Source of the DNA: Gammaproteobacteria bacterium
GTDB taxonomy: Bacteria > Pseudomonadota > Gammaproteobacteria > Eutrophobiales > Eutrophobiaceae
DNA: 64,000 nt
Assembly: GCA_022826885.1 (NCBI GenBank)
Contig: JAJDUB010000059.1
Location: 7,172 to 71,171 of the forward strand
Direction: 5' to 3'
In this document: positions 63,107 through 64,000 of the stretch, piece by piece
Layout of the letters: each line of letters opens with the position of its first letter
Position numbering within the stretch: the first letter of the stretch is position 1
The notes under the pieces: generated by a model
Seen by the model: the letters and a program-made list of their open reading frames with translations, nothing else
The model's database searches: none
Told to the model about the DNA's origin: nothing
Position numbers and translations under genes: made by a program

Positions 63107-64000
63107 TCAACAGATGCCGGCCGGCTGCTGTTGTATCAGGCAGTGAATTCCGCCACCCGCATAATTCAGTGGAGTCGGGTCTATCTGTACTACGTCACGA
63201 CCGGGATAAGCAGTTTTAAGCACCGTTGCAGCTGTATCATCTTTAGCCCGATCTCCATACCTGGGGGCGATCACCAACCCGTTGGTAACAAGGTAGTTAG
63301 CATAGCTCGAGGCCTTGACGATATGCACCGGCTCTCCCGTGGGAAATGCCGGCGCGCTGTCCGGATAAGCCAGGGTTGCCAGGAAATCCCTGTACATCGG
63401 CTCATCGGGTTGAACAAGCATAAACTCGATATCAGGAACCGGGATGCGGATAATCTCAAACGGCCTGCCGTTCACATCACCCGCTCCGGACAGAATTCGA
63501 TATGCCTCCTCAAGGCGCTGGTAGTTGATGGCAGCGACCGGATCCGCGGACGCTTCCTGCTCGCTTACCTGGGCCAGGATTATCCGGTTGGAACCTGCGA
63601 ACTGGCAGAGTTCATCCAGGTGACCGCCCGTTGTCTGGGGGCCATACAAGTAACGTGTCTTGCCGTCGGCGTTTGCATACGGTACAGGTCCGTTGTCCGA
63701 TTGTAAATCCTCGAGCAGGCCGTCGTTCAACCAGATGATTCGGATGGCGCCCAATACGGTTTTGTAAGCGGCTTCCAGCTCTGCTTCCATCTTCTCAGGA
63801 TTGCGCCGGAGTTCCAATGCTCGGTTAACAAGCAGGACGCCTTTACCATTATGGATCCGGCCGCCACCTTCACTGATTACCCCGGTACGCAGAACAGTAT
63901 TTATACCGAGGAACCTGGCAATCGAACCGGGTAATTCCGCCATCCTTAATGAAGTGTCATCGGCAATATCGGAGTATCCCCACTGGTTTTGTGCGAATGA
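63107..64000 (-). CDS. Agmatine deiminase / peptidylarginine deiminase family; 5' end outside the window
   Basis: SEGGG, GHLDE, SYANY, C-terminal GGGIHCLIQQQP catalytic Cys. The frame stays open from 63943 to the window end (FAQNQWG). Confidence 0.88.
   Translation of the reverse strand, partial: SFAQNQWGYSDIADDTSLRMAELPGSIARFLGINTVLRTGVISEGGGRIHNGKGVLLVNRALELRRNPEKMEAELEAAYKTVLGAIRIIWLNDGLLEDLQSDNGPVPYANADGKTRYLYGPQTTGGHLDELCQFAGSNRIILAQVSEQEASADPVAAINYQRLEEAYRILSGAGDVNGRPFEIIRIPVPDIEFMLVQPDEPMYRDFLATLAYPDSAPAFPTGEPVHIVKASSYANYLVTNGLVIAPRYGDRAKDDTAATVLKTAYPGRDVVQIDPTPLNYAGGGIHCLIQQQPAGIC

Noticed and set aside
63107-63943. ORF-track start of the agmatine deiminase at 63943
   Set aside because: The frame is open to the window edge with conserved-looking sequence, so the gene is cut by the window, not a short variant.
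1-64000. CRISPR arrays, tRNA/rRNA/tmRNA genes, prophage, transposases
   Set aside because: No regularly spaced repeats, cloverleaf or T-loop signatures, or recombinase and phage structural motifs seen by eye; small RNAs could have been missed.

Overview
A 64 kb chromosomal window from a moderately GC-rich, non-enteric Gammaproteobacterium. The taxonomy is inferred from the glyQ-glyS-gmhB-plsC and aroK-aroB/mrcA/priA blocks. Two housekeeping blocks (about 15.7-25.1 kb and 54.9-61.7 kb) separate two accessory catabolic regions. The left region holds a SbcD/Mre11-like nuclease cut by the window edge, a thiolase, an AT-rich islet (decayed amidohydrolase, PD-(D/E)XK-like ORF, DUF4160/DUF2442 pair) and an IclR/PcaR-controlled aromatic cluster with two VanA-type Rieske oxygenases, a TonB receptor, a CoA ligase and a visible PcaR-type operator. 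The right region (about 25.3-54.9 kb) is dominated by methyl/amine chemistry: single-chain pyruvate carboxylase, TonB receptor-nitroreductase-DUF1989 operon, sulfatase, an O-methyltransferase/Rieske/amine-dehydrogenase-like/MetE-core operon, a Rieske-hydrolase-degenerate NYN operon, and N-methylglutamate pathway genes mgsABC-gmaS. The best candidate for an undescribed system is a Tat-exported, lipid-anchored NicA2/Pnao-like flavin amine oxidoreductase next to a lipid-anchored cytochrome c and an MFS transporter, directly upstream of the methylamine assimilation genes. Three accessory genes show apparent large internal deletions. I saw no rRNA, tRNA, CRISPR array, integrase or transposase. All family calls are by-eye motif recognition, not database searches.
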